Source: an uncultured Alphaproteobacteria bacterium
GTDB taxonomy: Bacteria; Pseudomonadota; Alphaproteobacteria; UBA6615
DNA: 64,000 nucleotides
NCBI GenBank assembly: GCA_943787745.1
Contig: CALSNJ010000002.1
Span: 1,048,668 to 1,112,667, forward strand
Direction: 5' to 3'
Shown: one piece after another, positions 9,055-17,289 of the stretch
How positions within the stretch are numbered: the first letter of the stretch is position 1
Layout of the letters: every line of letters begins with the position of its first letter
Notes under the pieces: model-generated
What the model was told of the DNA's origin: nothing
Databases searched by the model: none
What the model saw: only the letters and a program-made list of their open reading frames with translations
Made by a program: the position numbers and the translations under genes

Positions 9055-11538
9055 ATGCCCAAGCGCATGCTTATCGACGCAACCCATCCCGAAGAGACCC
9101 GGGTTGTTGTCGCGGATGGCACCGACCTCCTTGAATACGATTATGAAACCTCAACCAAACGCCAGATCAAAAGTAACATCTATCTGGCCAAGGTCACCCG
9201 TGTAGAACCATCACTGCAAGCCGCCTTCGTCGACTTTGGTGGCAATCGCCATGGCTTTTTGGCGTTCAGTGAGATCCACCCGGACTACTATCAGATCCCC
9301 GTCGAGGATCGCGAGAAACTGCTCGCGGAAGAATCCAGTAGCGATGATGACGATGATGAAGTTGTCGCAGACGGGGAAACGACCGAAGACGGAGAGACCG
9401 ACGGCGAGCCTGACGGCGAATCCGAAAATGGTGACGACGATGTCGTCAGTGATGACGATGATGATGACATCAAGGAACTGGCGGAGGCGCATCGCAAACG
9501 ACTGCGCAAGCTCACCCGCAGCTACAAGATTCAGGAAGTCATCAAACGTCGCCAGATTTTGCTCGTGCAGGTCGTCAAGGAAGAGCGCGGCAACAAAGGT
9601 GCAGCTCTGACCACTTACCTGTCCCTGCCCGGACGATATTGCGTTTTGATGCCCAACACGTCGCGCGGCGGTGGCGTGAGCCGAAAGATCACAGACCCCA
9701 AGCATCGCAAGGCGATGAAGAGCATCATGTCGGAGATGGAAGTCCCCGATGGCATGGCCGTGATCATGCGCACAGCAGGTGTCGAGCGCACCAAGGCCGA
9801 AATCAAGCGCGACTATGAGTATCTGCGCCGTGTTTGGGACGAAACCCGTGAGCTGACGATGGATTCGACGGCCCCTTCCCTGATTTATGAAGAGGGTGAT
9901 GTCATCAAACGTGCGTTGCGGGACATTTATGACCGCGACATTGACGAAGTGCTGATCGAAGGCGATGACGCCTATAAGGCTGCCAAGGCCTTGATGCGCA
10001 CCATGATCCCGTCTCATGCGAAACGGGTGCAGAAGTACGATGATGCAAGCATCCCGCTCTTCAATCGCTATCAGATTGATCAGCAGCTTGATGAGATTCA
10101 CGACCCGGTCGTCCAGCTGAAGTCGGGTGGTTATCTGGTGATCAACCCGACCGAAGCATTGGTGGCAATCGATGTGAACTCGGGGCGCTCTACCCGTGAA
10201 CGAAATGTCGAGCAAACGGCCTACCGAACGAACCTGGAAGCCGCCGAAGAGGTCGCACGCCAATTGCGGTTGCGTGACCTCGCCGGACTTGTCGTGATCG
10301 ATTTCATCGATATGGACGTTTCGCGAAACAATCATGCCGTTGAGCGCAAGCTCAAGGAAGCGATGAAGACCGACCGGGCGCGCATCCAGATTGGACGGAT
10401 ATCATCCTTCGGTTTGCTGGAGTTATCCCGTCAACGGTTGCGTTCGAGCTTGCATGAAGCCCACACCCAGACCTGCCCCGTCTGTCAGGGTGCCGGTTTC
10501 GTCCGCTCCACGGAATCCAACAGCATGGCAATCCTTCGTGAACTCGAGGAAGAAGGCCTGCGCAAGCGTTCGGAAGAAGTCGTCGTAACGGCACAAACTG
10601 ATGTTGCGCTTTATCTGCTCAACCAGAAGCGCGATTCTTTGCGCGAAATCGAGGAGCGGCACAATATCCGTGTGCTCGTCGTGGCTGATTCAGCCCGAAC
10701 CGCCTCCGAGTATGAGGTTGGACCATCACGCGCTGATGGCGATGACGCCAAGGACGATAAGAATGCGCGCCCCTCAAAGGGCGGCGACAAACGCGAGGAT
10801 GATGCGCCCAAGCGTCGGCGTCGTCGGAGCCGCAAACGGACGGATGACAATGCCGACGATTCCGAAAGCACAAAAGAAGCAGACGTAGCCGACGAATCAG
10901 AGGCCGAAGGGGAAACCCCTGAGGCCGAAAGCGATGATGAGGATGGCGCCAAGCGCAACGGTCGCCGACGCGGCCGTCGTGGTGGTCGCAGACGGCGGAA
11001 ATCAGACTCTGACGCTGAGACGCAGGAGAACTCCGAGGAGAAACCCGACGCAGAAGCCGGCGCCGATGATCCCGCTGAGAAGTCTGAAAGTGATGTCGAA
11101 ACCGAATCAACGGACGAAGAAGAAGATGCGCCCAAGCGCCGTCGACGTCGGCCCCGTCGGCGTGGTCGTCGTACCCGCGACAATGCGGATTCCGATACAG
11201 AAGAAAACGGCGAGACTGTCGAAAAAACGGTGACTGCAGACGATACGACAAACGCCGCCGCGGATGACTCTGAGGTCGATTCCGACCTGGACATCCCCGA
11301 ACCCAAACAAGCCGAAGAAGCAGTCGAGCCTGAGTCCGATGTTGAGGCAGAAACCTCTGACGGGGACACTTCAGCCGAAGAGCCAGAGATCGCCGCTAAA
11401 GCTGACGAGGCAGCCGACGAGGTCGCCGAAGAAACTCTGGCAAAAGACGACGAACCTGTGGTGGCAGAAACGCCCGAAGAGGAAGAGGATGACGACCGGC
11501 CACGTCGATCAGGTTGGTGGAGCCGCGCAACAAGCTAA
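9055..11538 (+). CDS. rne: Ribonuclease E
   Basis: MPKRMLIDATHPEETRV start; S1 domain (RVEPSLQAAFVDFG); IDVNSG, IDFIDM, CPVC Zn-link; charged C-terminal tail ending GWW. Confidence 0.96.
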   Translation: MPKRMLIDATHPEETRVVVADGTDLLEYDYETSTKRQIKSNIYLAKVTRVEPSLQAAFVDFGGNRHGFLAFSEIHPDYYQIPVEDREKLLAEESSSDDDDDEVVADGETTEDGETDGEPDGESENGDDDVVSDDDDDDIKELAEAHRKRLRKLTRSYKIQEVIKRRQILLVQVVKEERGNKGAALTTYLSLPGRYCVLMPNTSRGGGVSRKITDPKHRKAMKSIMSEMEVPDGMAVIMRTAGVERTKAEIKRDYEYLRRVWDETRELTMDSTAPSLIYEEGDVIKRALRDIYDRDIDEVLIEGDDAYKAAKALMRTMIPSHAKRVQKYDDASIPLFNRYQIDQQLDEIHDPVVQLKSGGYLVINPTEALVAIDVNSGRSTRERNVEQTAYRTNLEAAEEVARQLRLRDLAGLVVIDFIDMDVSRNNHAVERKLKEAMKTDRARIQIGRISSFGLLELSRQRLRSSLHEAHTQTCPVCQGAGFVRSTESNSMAILRELEEEGLRKRSEEVVVTAQTDVALYLLNQKRDSLREIEERHNIRVLVVADSARTASEYEVGPSRADGDDAKDDKNARPSKGGDKREDDAPKRRRRRSRKRTDDNADDSESTKEADVADESEAEGETPEAESDDEDGAKRNGRRRGRRGGRRRRKSDSDAETQENSEEKPDAEAGADDPAEKSESDVETESTDEEEDAPKRRRRRPRRRGRRTRDNADSDTEENGETVEKTVTADDTTNAAADDSEVDSDLDIPEPKQAEEAVEPESDVEAETSDGDTSAEEPEIAAKADEAADEVAEETLAKDDEPVVAETPEEEEDDDRPRRSGWWSRATS

Positions 11539-11558
11539 GGCCATACGCCTCTGGCTGT

Positions 11559-12716
11559 TCAAGCGGTAAGTTTGCGCCAACCGCGCAGGCGCTCGACAGC
11601 ACGCGTCATATCATCTTCGCTACCCGCGAAGGAGAAGCGGATATAGGTGTTGCCGCGATACGGGTCGAAATCCAGCCCCGGTGTCGCGGCCACCTGCGCC
11701 TCCGTCAGCATTCGACGACAAAACTCTGCGCTGTCATTCGTCATATGACCGACATCGGCATAGATATAGAAAGCGCCGTCCGCCGGGGCGAGACGATCGA
11801 AGCCCGCCTTGGGAAGCTCCCTGAGCAAAATCTCCCGGTTGCGGGCATATCGCGAAATATTGTCACGTAATTCATCATGACTGTCGAACGCAGCCAGAGC
11901 TGCATGTTGCGAAAGCGTGGGTGGAGATATGAACAGGTTCTGCGCGAGGCATTCTACGGACCGCGTCATCTCTGGCGGAATTATCAACCATCCCAGCCGC
12001 CAGCCCGTCATCGAAAAATACTTCGAGAAACTGTTAATGATCACGGCATCCGGATCATGAGTCAGGGCGGTGACTGATTCATGGCCATAAGTAATGCCGT
12101 GATAAATCTCATCAGAAATAAAACGGATCCCGTTCTCACGGCAATACTGGGTAAGCTCGGCTATCTCCGGATCACCGAGCATCGTTCCAGTTGGATTTGA
12201 TGGGCTGGCCACGATAAGTCCATCCAGATCACCTTCCACCTGGGCCAGGAGTTCAGGTGTTGGCTGAAAGCGGTCTTCAAGACGGGTTTCAACAACCACC
12301 GGCTCAACCCCCAGAGCCGAGAGGATATTGCGATAGGCCGGGTAGCCGGGTGCGGCCAGCGCGACCCTGTCTCCTACGTCAAAGGCCGACAGAAAAGCCA
12401 AAAGAAACGCACCCGACGAACCCGTTGTGATGACAATACGGGCGGGATCAACGTCCACGCCATAGAAATCCCGATAATGCGTCGCCAGCCCGTCCCGCAA
12501 CGGAGCTATCCCTAGCGCATCGGTGTACCCCAATCGGTCTGACTGCAACGCTTCAATCGCGGCTTCTCGCACCCGCACCGGAGCTGCGGTGCTTGGTTGC
12601 CCCACTTCGAGGTGAACAATGTTCTCACCCACAGCATCAAGCGCATTGGCTTCGCGCATGACATCCATGACGATGAACGGGTCAATCTGACCCCGGTTCG
12701 ATGTTTTCAGGCTCAT
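11559..12716 (-). CDS. PLP-dependent aminotransferase, class I/II
   Basis: SPSNPTG, ISDEIYH, NSFSKYFSMTGWRLG motifs. Confidence 0.92.
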   Translation of the reverse strand: MSLKTSNRGQIDPFIVMDVMREANALDAVGENIVHLEVGQPSTAAPVRVREAAIEALQSDRLGYTDALGIAPLRDGLATHYRDFYGVDVDPARIVITTGSSGAFLLAFLSAFDVGDRVALAAPGYPAYRNILSALGVEPVVVETRLEDRFQPTPELLAQVEGDLDGLIVASPSNPTGTMLGDPEIAELTQYCRENGIRFISDEIYHGITYGHESVTALTHDPDAVIINSFSKYFSMTGWRLGWLIIPPEMTRSVECLAQNLFISPPTLSQHAALAAFDSHDELRDNISRYARNREILLRELPKAGFDRLAPADGAFYIYADVGHMTNDSAEFCRRMLTEAQVAATPGLDFDPYRGNTYIRFSFAGSEDDMTRAVERLRGWRKLTA

Positions 12717-12726
12717 TGCAGAACCA

Positions 12727-14265
12727 CTACTCGTCTGAACTCACGGCAAGTCCGAAAGATCGAGGATCTTTAACGAACTGACAGGTTTGCACCCTGGGCA
12801 GTCCCCGTGGGCAGTAGAAGCCATTTACACGTCCTATCTTCGGGGCAGCCGTGATGTCATGACCCAATGCGCGCAGCCCGTCCTGATCGGGCACTGACAT
12901 ATCCGCTTCAACCAAGGTGACATCGGGGTTTCCCGTTGTGTGCGCACGGGGCGCGCCAATCGCGGCCACCGCGTCACCGTCCTCATCCTGCACAGTTTCC
13001 AGCGCAATCTTGGCGACCGTTTCAACCACCGGCCCCGATCCTGCGGCCGCAAAGAAGGTCAGACCAATTTTCTCGTTAACCATCATCGCCACGGACGGAA
13101 CAGAAGCACGCGGCGCACCTGGCGGATTGGCCAGAATGATTCCCGTTCCAGGCGCCACAACACCACTGCCGAATGGGCCATTCATGGTGAATGAGCAAGC
13201 CACTGTCCGCCCCTGATTATCGACTGCAACTATGCTGGCCCCATCATGAGCGGTGTCTTCTGCAATCGTAACCGAGGGCATGACGGCGTTGTGCGTACTT
13301 GCTGAGTAACTCGCCATGAGAGTTGCAGCATCCGGGATCGCAGCCGTGCCATTGCGTTGCGCGACAGCCTGATACGAACGCGCAGCCGCCTCGAGCACCA
13401 GATGATACCGCCCCGCCGGATCTTCATCTTCAAACTGATCGTCTTCCACGCCGACTTCCCAGATACGGGCCCCGATCAGGCCTCCATCAGTTGGAGGGAA
13501 AACCACGACATTGTTCCCCAGCGGGAACCGAACAGGCTCCAGGAGCGCCGGACGGTACCCACGAAGGTCGTTGATGGTAATGTTGCCACCAGCTGATGAC
13601 ACAGCTTCGGAAAATGACCGTCCAATCGAGCCATCATAGAACTCGCCCGGCCCGCGTGTTCGCAAATTGGCAAGAAGCGCTGCCAATTCCAGCTGTCGAA
13701 GCAACTTGCCCTCCGCAATCACTGCAGGATCAAAAATTTCGCGGGCCTCTGCATCCTTCTCAAGAAAGCCGCGAGAGGCCTGAAAGTCGCGAACAAAGGC
13801 GCGGGAAACAGTGTGACCGTTACGCGCAAAGTCCTCGGCCGGCTCCAAAAGGGCAGACCAATCAATTTGACCGTAACGAGCATGCAACAGGAACATTCCG
13901 CGAATATTTCCAGGAACTGCGAACTTCCCGTCAGCGCTCTGGGCCAGGCCCGGCAAGAACGTTATCGCTTCGGTTTTGACCTGAACGGCATCGTGCAGAA
14001 GACAAACTCCCCCGCCCCCCAGGCTGGCTGCGCCCGGCATGGTCACAGCCATCGTAAAATAAGCCGCAACAGCCGCGTCAGCCGCTGTACCACCTGCTGA
14101 CAGCACCTCGCGACCAACAAGGGCAGCGCGGGGCTCATCTGCGATCAGCCCCCCGAAAAACCCATCGACAAAGCCGATATCGCCCTGTTCGGGCCCTTTT
14201 CCACCGCACGCGGTGAGTAAAAGGAGTAGCGCTAAAAGCGACCCCCGACCTGATTGACGCCACAT
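12727..14265 (-). CDS. Gamma-glutamyltransferase-fold lipoprotein with degenerate active site
   Basis: Lipobox LTAC; GGTAADAAVA, SLGGGG, FAVPGNIRG, VDNQGRTVACSFTMNGPFGSG. The catalytic Thr position reads G-A-S. Likely ATG at 14265. Confidence 0.8.
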   Translation of the reverse strand: MWRQSGRGSLLALLLLLTACGGKGPEQGDIGFVDGFFGGLIADEPRAALVGREVLSAGGTAADAAVAAYFTMAVTMPGAASLGGGGVCLLHDAVQVKTEAITFLPGLAQSADGKFAVPGNIRGMFLLHARYGQIDWSALLEPAEDFARNGHTVSRAFVRDFQASRGFLEKDAEAREIFDPAVIAEGKLLRQLELAALLANLRTRGPGEFYDGSIGRSFSEAVSSAGGNITINDLRGYRPALLEPVRFPLGNNVVVFPPTDGGLIGARIWEVGVEDDQFEDEDPAGRYHLVLEAAARSYQAVAQRNGTAAIPDAATLMASYSASTHNAVMPSVTIAEDTAHDGASIVAVDNQGRTVACSFTMNGPFGSGVVAPGTGIILANPPGAPRASVPSVAMMVNEKIGLTFFAAAGSGPVVETVAKIALETVQDEDGDAVAAIGAPRAHTTGNPDVTLVEADMSVPDQDGLRALGHDITAAPKIGRVNGFYCPRGLPRVQTCQFVKDPRSFGLAVSSDE

Positions 14266-14307
14266 TTTCGTGTACCTAGGTTGGAATACAGCTTTGGAGA
14301 TAGACAC

Positions 14308-15660
14308 GTGCACTCGCTTATACGCCTGGTTGCTCTGATCACCGCTTTGGCTGTCGGACTAATTCAGCCCGCCTTCAGTCAGAATCGTGGAATCAGCCTG
14401 ATTCGCGATGCAGAAGTAGAAAATATCATTCGAGACTACTCCACGCCAATTTTCAATGCGGCAGGACTGGATGCCGATTCTGTGAGCATCCATCTTGTAC
14501 AAGACCCCCGGCTAAACGCATTTGTTGCAGGTGGCCAGAGAATGTTCCTGAACACCGGGCTCCTTATACAGGCTCAGACACCCGAACAGGTCCAGGGAGT
14601 GATCGCCCATGAAGCCGGGCATATCTCAGGCGGTCATCTTGCACGATTGCAGGACGAACTGCGCAATGCCGAATTAAAATCGATCCTGTCCATGATCATC
14701 GGCACAGCGGCCGGCCTTGCCGCGCGCGATGGCCGTGTTGCAGGTGCAATCATAAGCGGCGGGTCTCAAGCGGCCTTTGCGGATTTGCTAAAGTACAGCC
14801 GGACTCAGGAATCTTCAGCTGATGCGGCAGGCCTCAAATATCTCGACGCAACGGGAACATCCGCCCGCGGGCTGCGCGAGTTCTTTGAACTTCTGCAACG
14901 AGAGATGCGCGTCACCGGAGGGCGCGAGCACCCCTATCTCAGCAGTCATCCGCTCACCAATGAACGAATTACGACGGTCGAATCGCATCTGGCATTCTCC
15001 CGCTATGCCAACACACCGACCCCACCTGAGCTCGCCCGCAAGCATGCCATGATGCGAGCCAAGTTGATCGGCTTCCTGGAACCTCTCCCGAATACGCTCA
15101 AGGCCTATCCTCCCTCTGACAATTCCATTCCCGCCCGGTATGCACGCGCCATCGGCTTCTATCAGCAATCCGACCTTAATCGCGCCATTCCCCTGATTGA
15201 TGGACTCATTGCCGACGAACCGGAGAACCCGTACTTCTATGAACTGAAGGGGCAGATGCTGCTGGAAAACGGTCGGGTTCAAGAATCACTCGCACCCTAT
15301 CAACGGATGGTAGACCTTGCTCCCGGTGAACCCCTGCTGCGCTCTGCTCTGGCAAAGGCACAGGTTGAAACCGGTGATCCGGCACTACTTGAAGACGCAC
15401 TTTCAAACCTGCTTGTCGCAACGCGGTCCGAGCCAACACTGGCAGGAAGCTGGAGATTGCTGACGGTTGTCTATGGCCGCCTTGGCATGCAGGGTGAGCT
15501 AGCTTTGAGTCAGGCCGAGTTCAACCTTCTCAGCGGCGACCCCAAGGCCGCGCAGGCACTTGGCAACCGGGCCCTCGACATCCTCGCCACTGGCTCGCCC
15601 GCATGGATCCGCGCGCAGGACATTATCAGTGAATCCGAACGGCAACTGAAGGACCGCTGA
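14308..15660 (+). CDS. M48 metalloprotease with TPR repeats (BepA/YfgC-like)
   Basis: GGAGA RBS + GTG at 14308; signal peptide; LNAFVAGG, HEAGH, YSRTQESSAD, YLSSHP; TPR-like C-terminus. Confidence 0.9.
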   Translation: MHSLIRLVALITALAVGLIQPAFSQNRGISLIRDAEVENIIRDYSTPIFNAAGLDADSVSIHLVQDPRLNAFVAGGQRMFLNTGLLIQAQTPEQVQGVIAHEAGHISGGHLARLQDELRNAELKSILSMIIGTAAGLAARDGRVAGAIISGGSQAAFADLLKYSRTQESSADAAGLKYLDATGTSARGLREFFELLQREMRVTGGREHPYLSSHPLTNERITTVESHLAFSRYANTPTPPELARKHAMMRAKLIGFLEPLPNTLKAYPPSDNSIPARYARAIGFYQQSDLNRAIPLIDGLIADEPENPYFYELKGQMLLENGRVQESLAPYQRMVDLAPGEPLLRSALAKAQVETGDPALLEDALSNLLVATRSEPTLAGSWRLLTVVYGRLGMQGELALSQAEFNLLSGDPKAAQALGNRALDILATGSPAWIRAQDIISESERQLKDR

Positions 15661-15791
15661 CACGGTTTGAACCCGCAGTCTCGCAAAAGGTCACCTTTGC
15701 GTGACATTTCGCACCCACGGTTGATCGCGGGGTCCCTGTTCATCATCATCGCGCCGTCCAATTCCGTTTCGTTTCTTCAAGGAGAGTTGTT

Positions 15792-16598
15792 GTGCCAGAA
15801 TCCCGCGGGGCCATATTTGTTGCCGTTCTAATAGCTGCCCTTGTTGCGCTGGCAATTGTCTTCCCCCAATTCGGTCAACAGGATGGTCCCATTGTCACGG
15901 AAATACCGCGCACGGGAACCGTCACGACATCATTCTCCGATATCCAGAAAAACGACATTCGCAATACCGTGCGCGAATACCTGCTTGAGAACCCGACGGT
16001 CATTGTCGAAGCTCTCGAAGCCCTTCAGGCCCGTCAGCAGCAGACCGAGCAACAGCAGTCCCGTGGCGCGCTCTCGGCCCACTCCGACCGTCTGCTCAAT
16101 TCCCGACAGGACCCGTCAATCGGCAACCCGAACGCCAGTGTCACCGTCGTAGAGTTCTTTGACTACCAGTGCCCCTATTGCAAACGTATGGCCGAGGATC
16201 TGGTCAAACTCACCGAAGAAGACCCCGATCTGCGGATTGTCTTCAAGGAATTTCCAGTTTTCGGCACGGAATCGACCCTTGCTGCCCGCGCCGCACTTGC
16301 AGCCGCAAAGCAGGGAAAATATGCAGAATTTCATGTCGCCATTATGGGGTTTCGCGGCGCCCCTTCCGAAACAGCAATATTCCGCCTCGCCGACCAATTG
16401 GGGTTGAACGAAGAGCGCTTGCGGAAAGACATGCAATCTGAAGAAATCGAAGCGATGATCCAGGCGAACTACCAGCTGGCCCAACAGATTGGGGTCCGCG
16501 GCACACCCGCCTTTATCATCGGTGATGAGCTGATCCCCGGCGCGCTGAGCCCCCAGGCCATGCGTGATCTCATTGCGCGCAAACGCGAAGAATCCTGA
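15792..16598 (+). CDS. DsbA-family thiol-disulfide oxidoreductase (Com1-like)
   Basis: N-terminal TM; VREYLLENP, EFFDYQCPYCK, GVRGTPAF; AGGAG RBS. Confidence 0.92.
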   Translation: MPESRGAIFVAVLIAALVALAIVFPQFGQQDGPIVTEIPRTGTVTTSFSDIQKNDIRNTVREYLLENPTVIVEALEALQARQQQTEQQQSRGALSAHSDRLLNSRQDPSIGNPNASVTVVEFFDYQCPYCKRMAEDLVKLTEEDPDLRIVFKEFPVFGTESTLAARAALAAAKQGKYAEFHVAIMGFRGAPSETAIFRLADQLGLNEERLRKDMQSEEIEAMIQANYQLAQQIGVRGTPAFIIGDELIPGALSPQAMRDLIARKREES

Positions 16599-16607
16599 AG
16601 AGAAAAG

Positions 16608-17252
16608 CTATTCCGCGTCAGGTTGCAGGTCTGGAAAGGCCGAGCTGAATTCCTCGAGCGCAATGCAGGTTTCATAAATCCGAAGCACGGTCGGGAAAGC
16701 TGACAAATCGCAGCCAAAGCGTAGGGCATTGAAAACCTGCGGAACCAGGCAAATATCCGCCATGGTCGGGCTGTCACCATGCGCGTACTGACCAGTCGCG
16801 TCCGAGGAAAGCATGCCCTCAAGACCCGTCATGCCTTCTGTGATCCAGTGCTTGTACCAACGCTCGTTGCGCGCATCTTCATCGATGCCGAACTCACTTC
16901 CCAGCAATCGCAGCACTCTTAGATTGTTGATCGGATGAATATCGCACGAGATCGCCTGGGCAATGGCACGAACCCGCGCCCGACCCTTGGCATCGTCGGG
17001 CAGGAATGACGAACGCTCCGGTCGCGTCTCGTGGAGATACTCAATCATTGCCATCGACTGGGTAAGGACCGTGCCGTCATCATCAACAAGGGCGGGGACC
17101 AGCCCCTGCGGGTTAACCGCCAGATAGGCTTCCGAGACCTGATCTTTGCGCCGCAAATGGATGTATTCGCGCTCGTAAGCCGTTCCCAGAAGGTTCAGCG
17201 CAATGCGCATGCGGAACGCCGCAGACGATCGGTAATAATCATAAAGCTTCAT
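16608..17252 (-). CDS. maiA: Maleylacetoacetate isomerase (GST zeta)
   Basis: MKLYDYYRSSAAFRMRIALNL, NPQGLVPAL, CDIHPINNLRVL, C-terminal QPDA. ATG at 17252. Confidence 0.92.
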   Translation of the reverse strand: MKLYDYYRSSAAFRMRIALNLLGTAYEREYIHLRRKDQVSEAYLAVNPQGLVPALVDDDGTVLTQSMAMIEYLHETRPERSSFLPDDAKGRARVRAIAQAISCDIHPINNLRVLRLLGSEFGIDEDARNERWYKHWITEGMTGLEGMLSSDATGQYAHGDSPTMADICLVPQVFNALRFGCDLSAFPTVLRIYETCIALEEFSSAFPDLQPDAE

Positions 17253-17289
17253 AGTTCGCGCCTCTCCAGAGTCCATGGTCGCGCCGACC

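Noticed and set aside
10611..11369. Ser/Arg-rich 252-aa minus-strand ORF
   Set aside because: Antisense mirror of the low-complexity RNase E tail.
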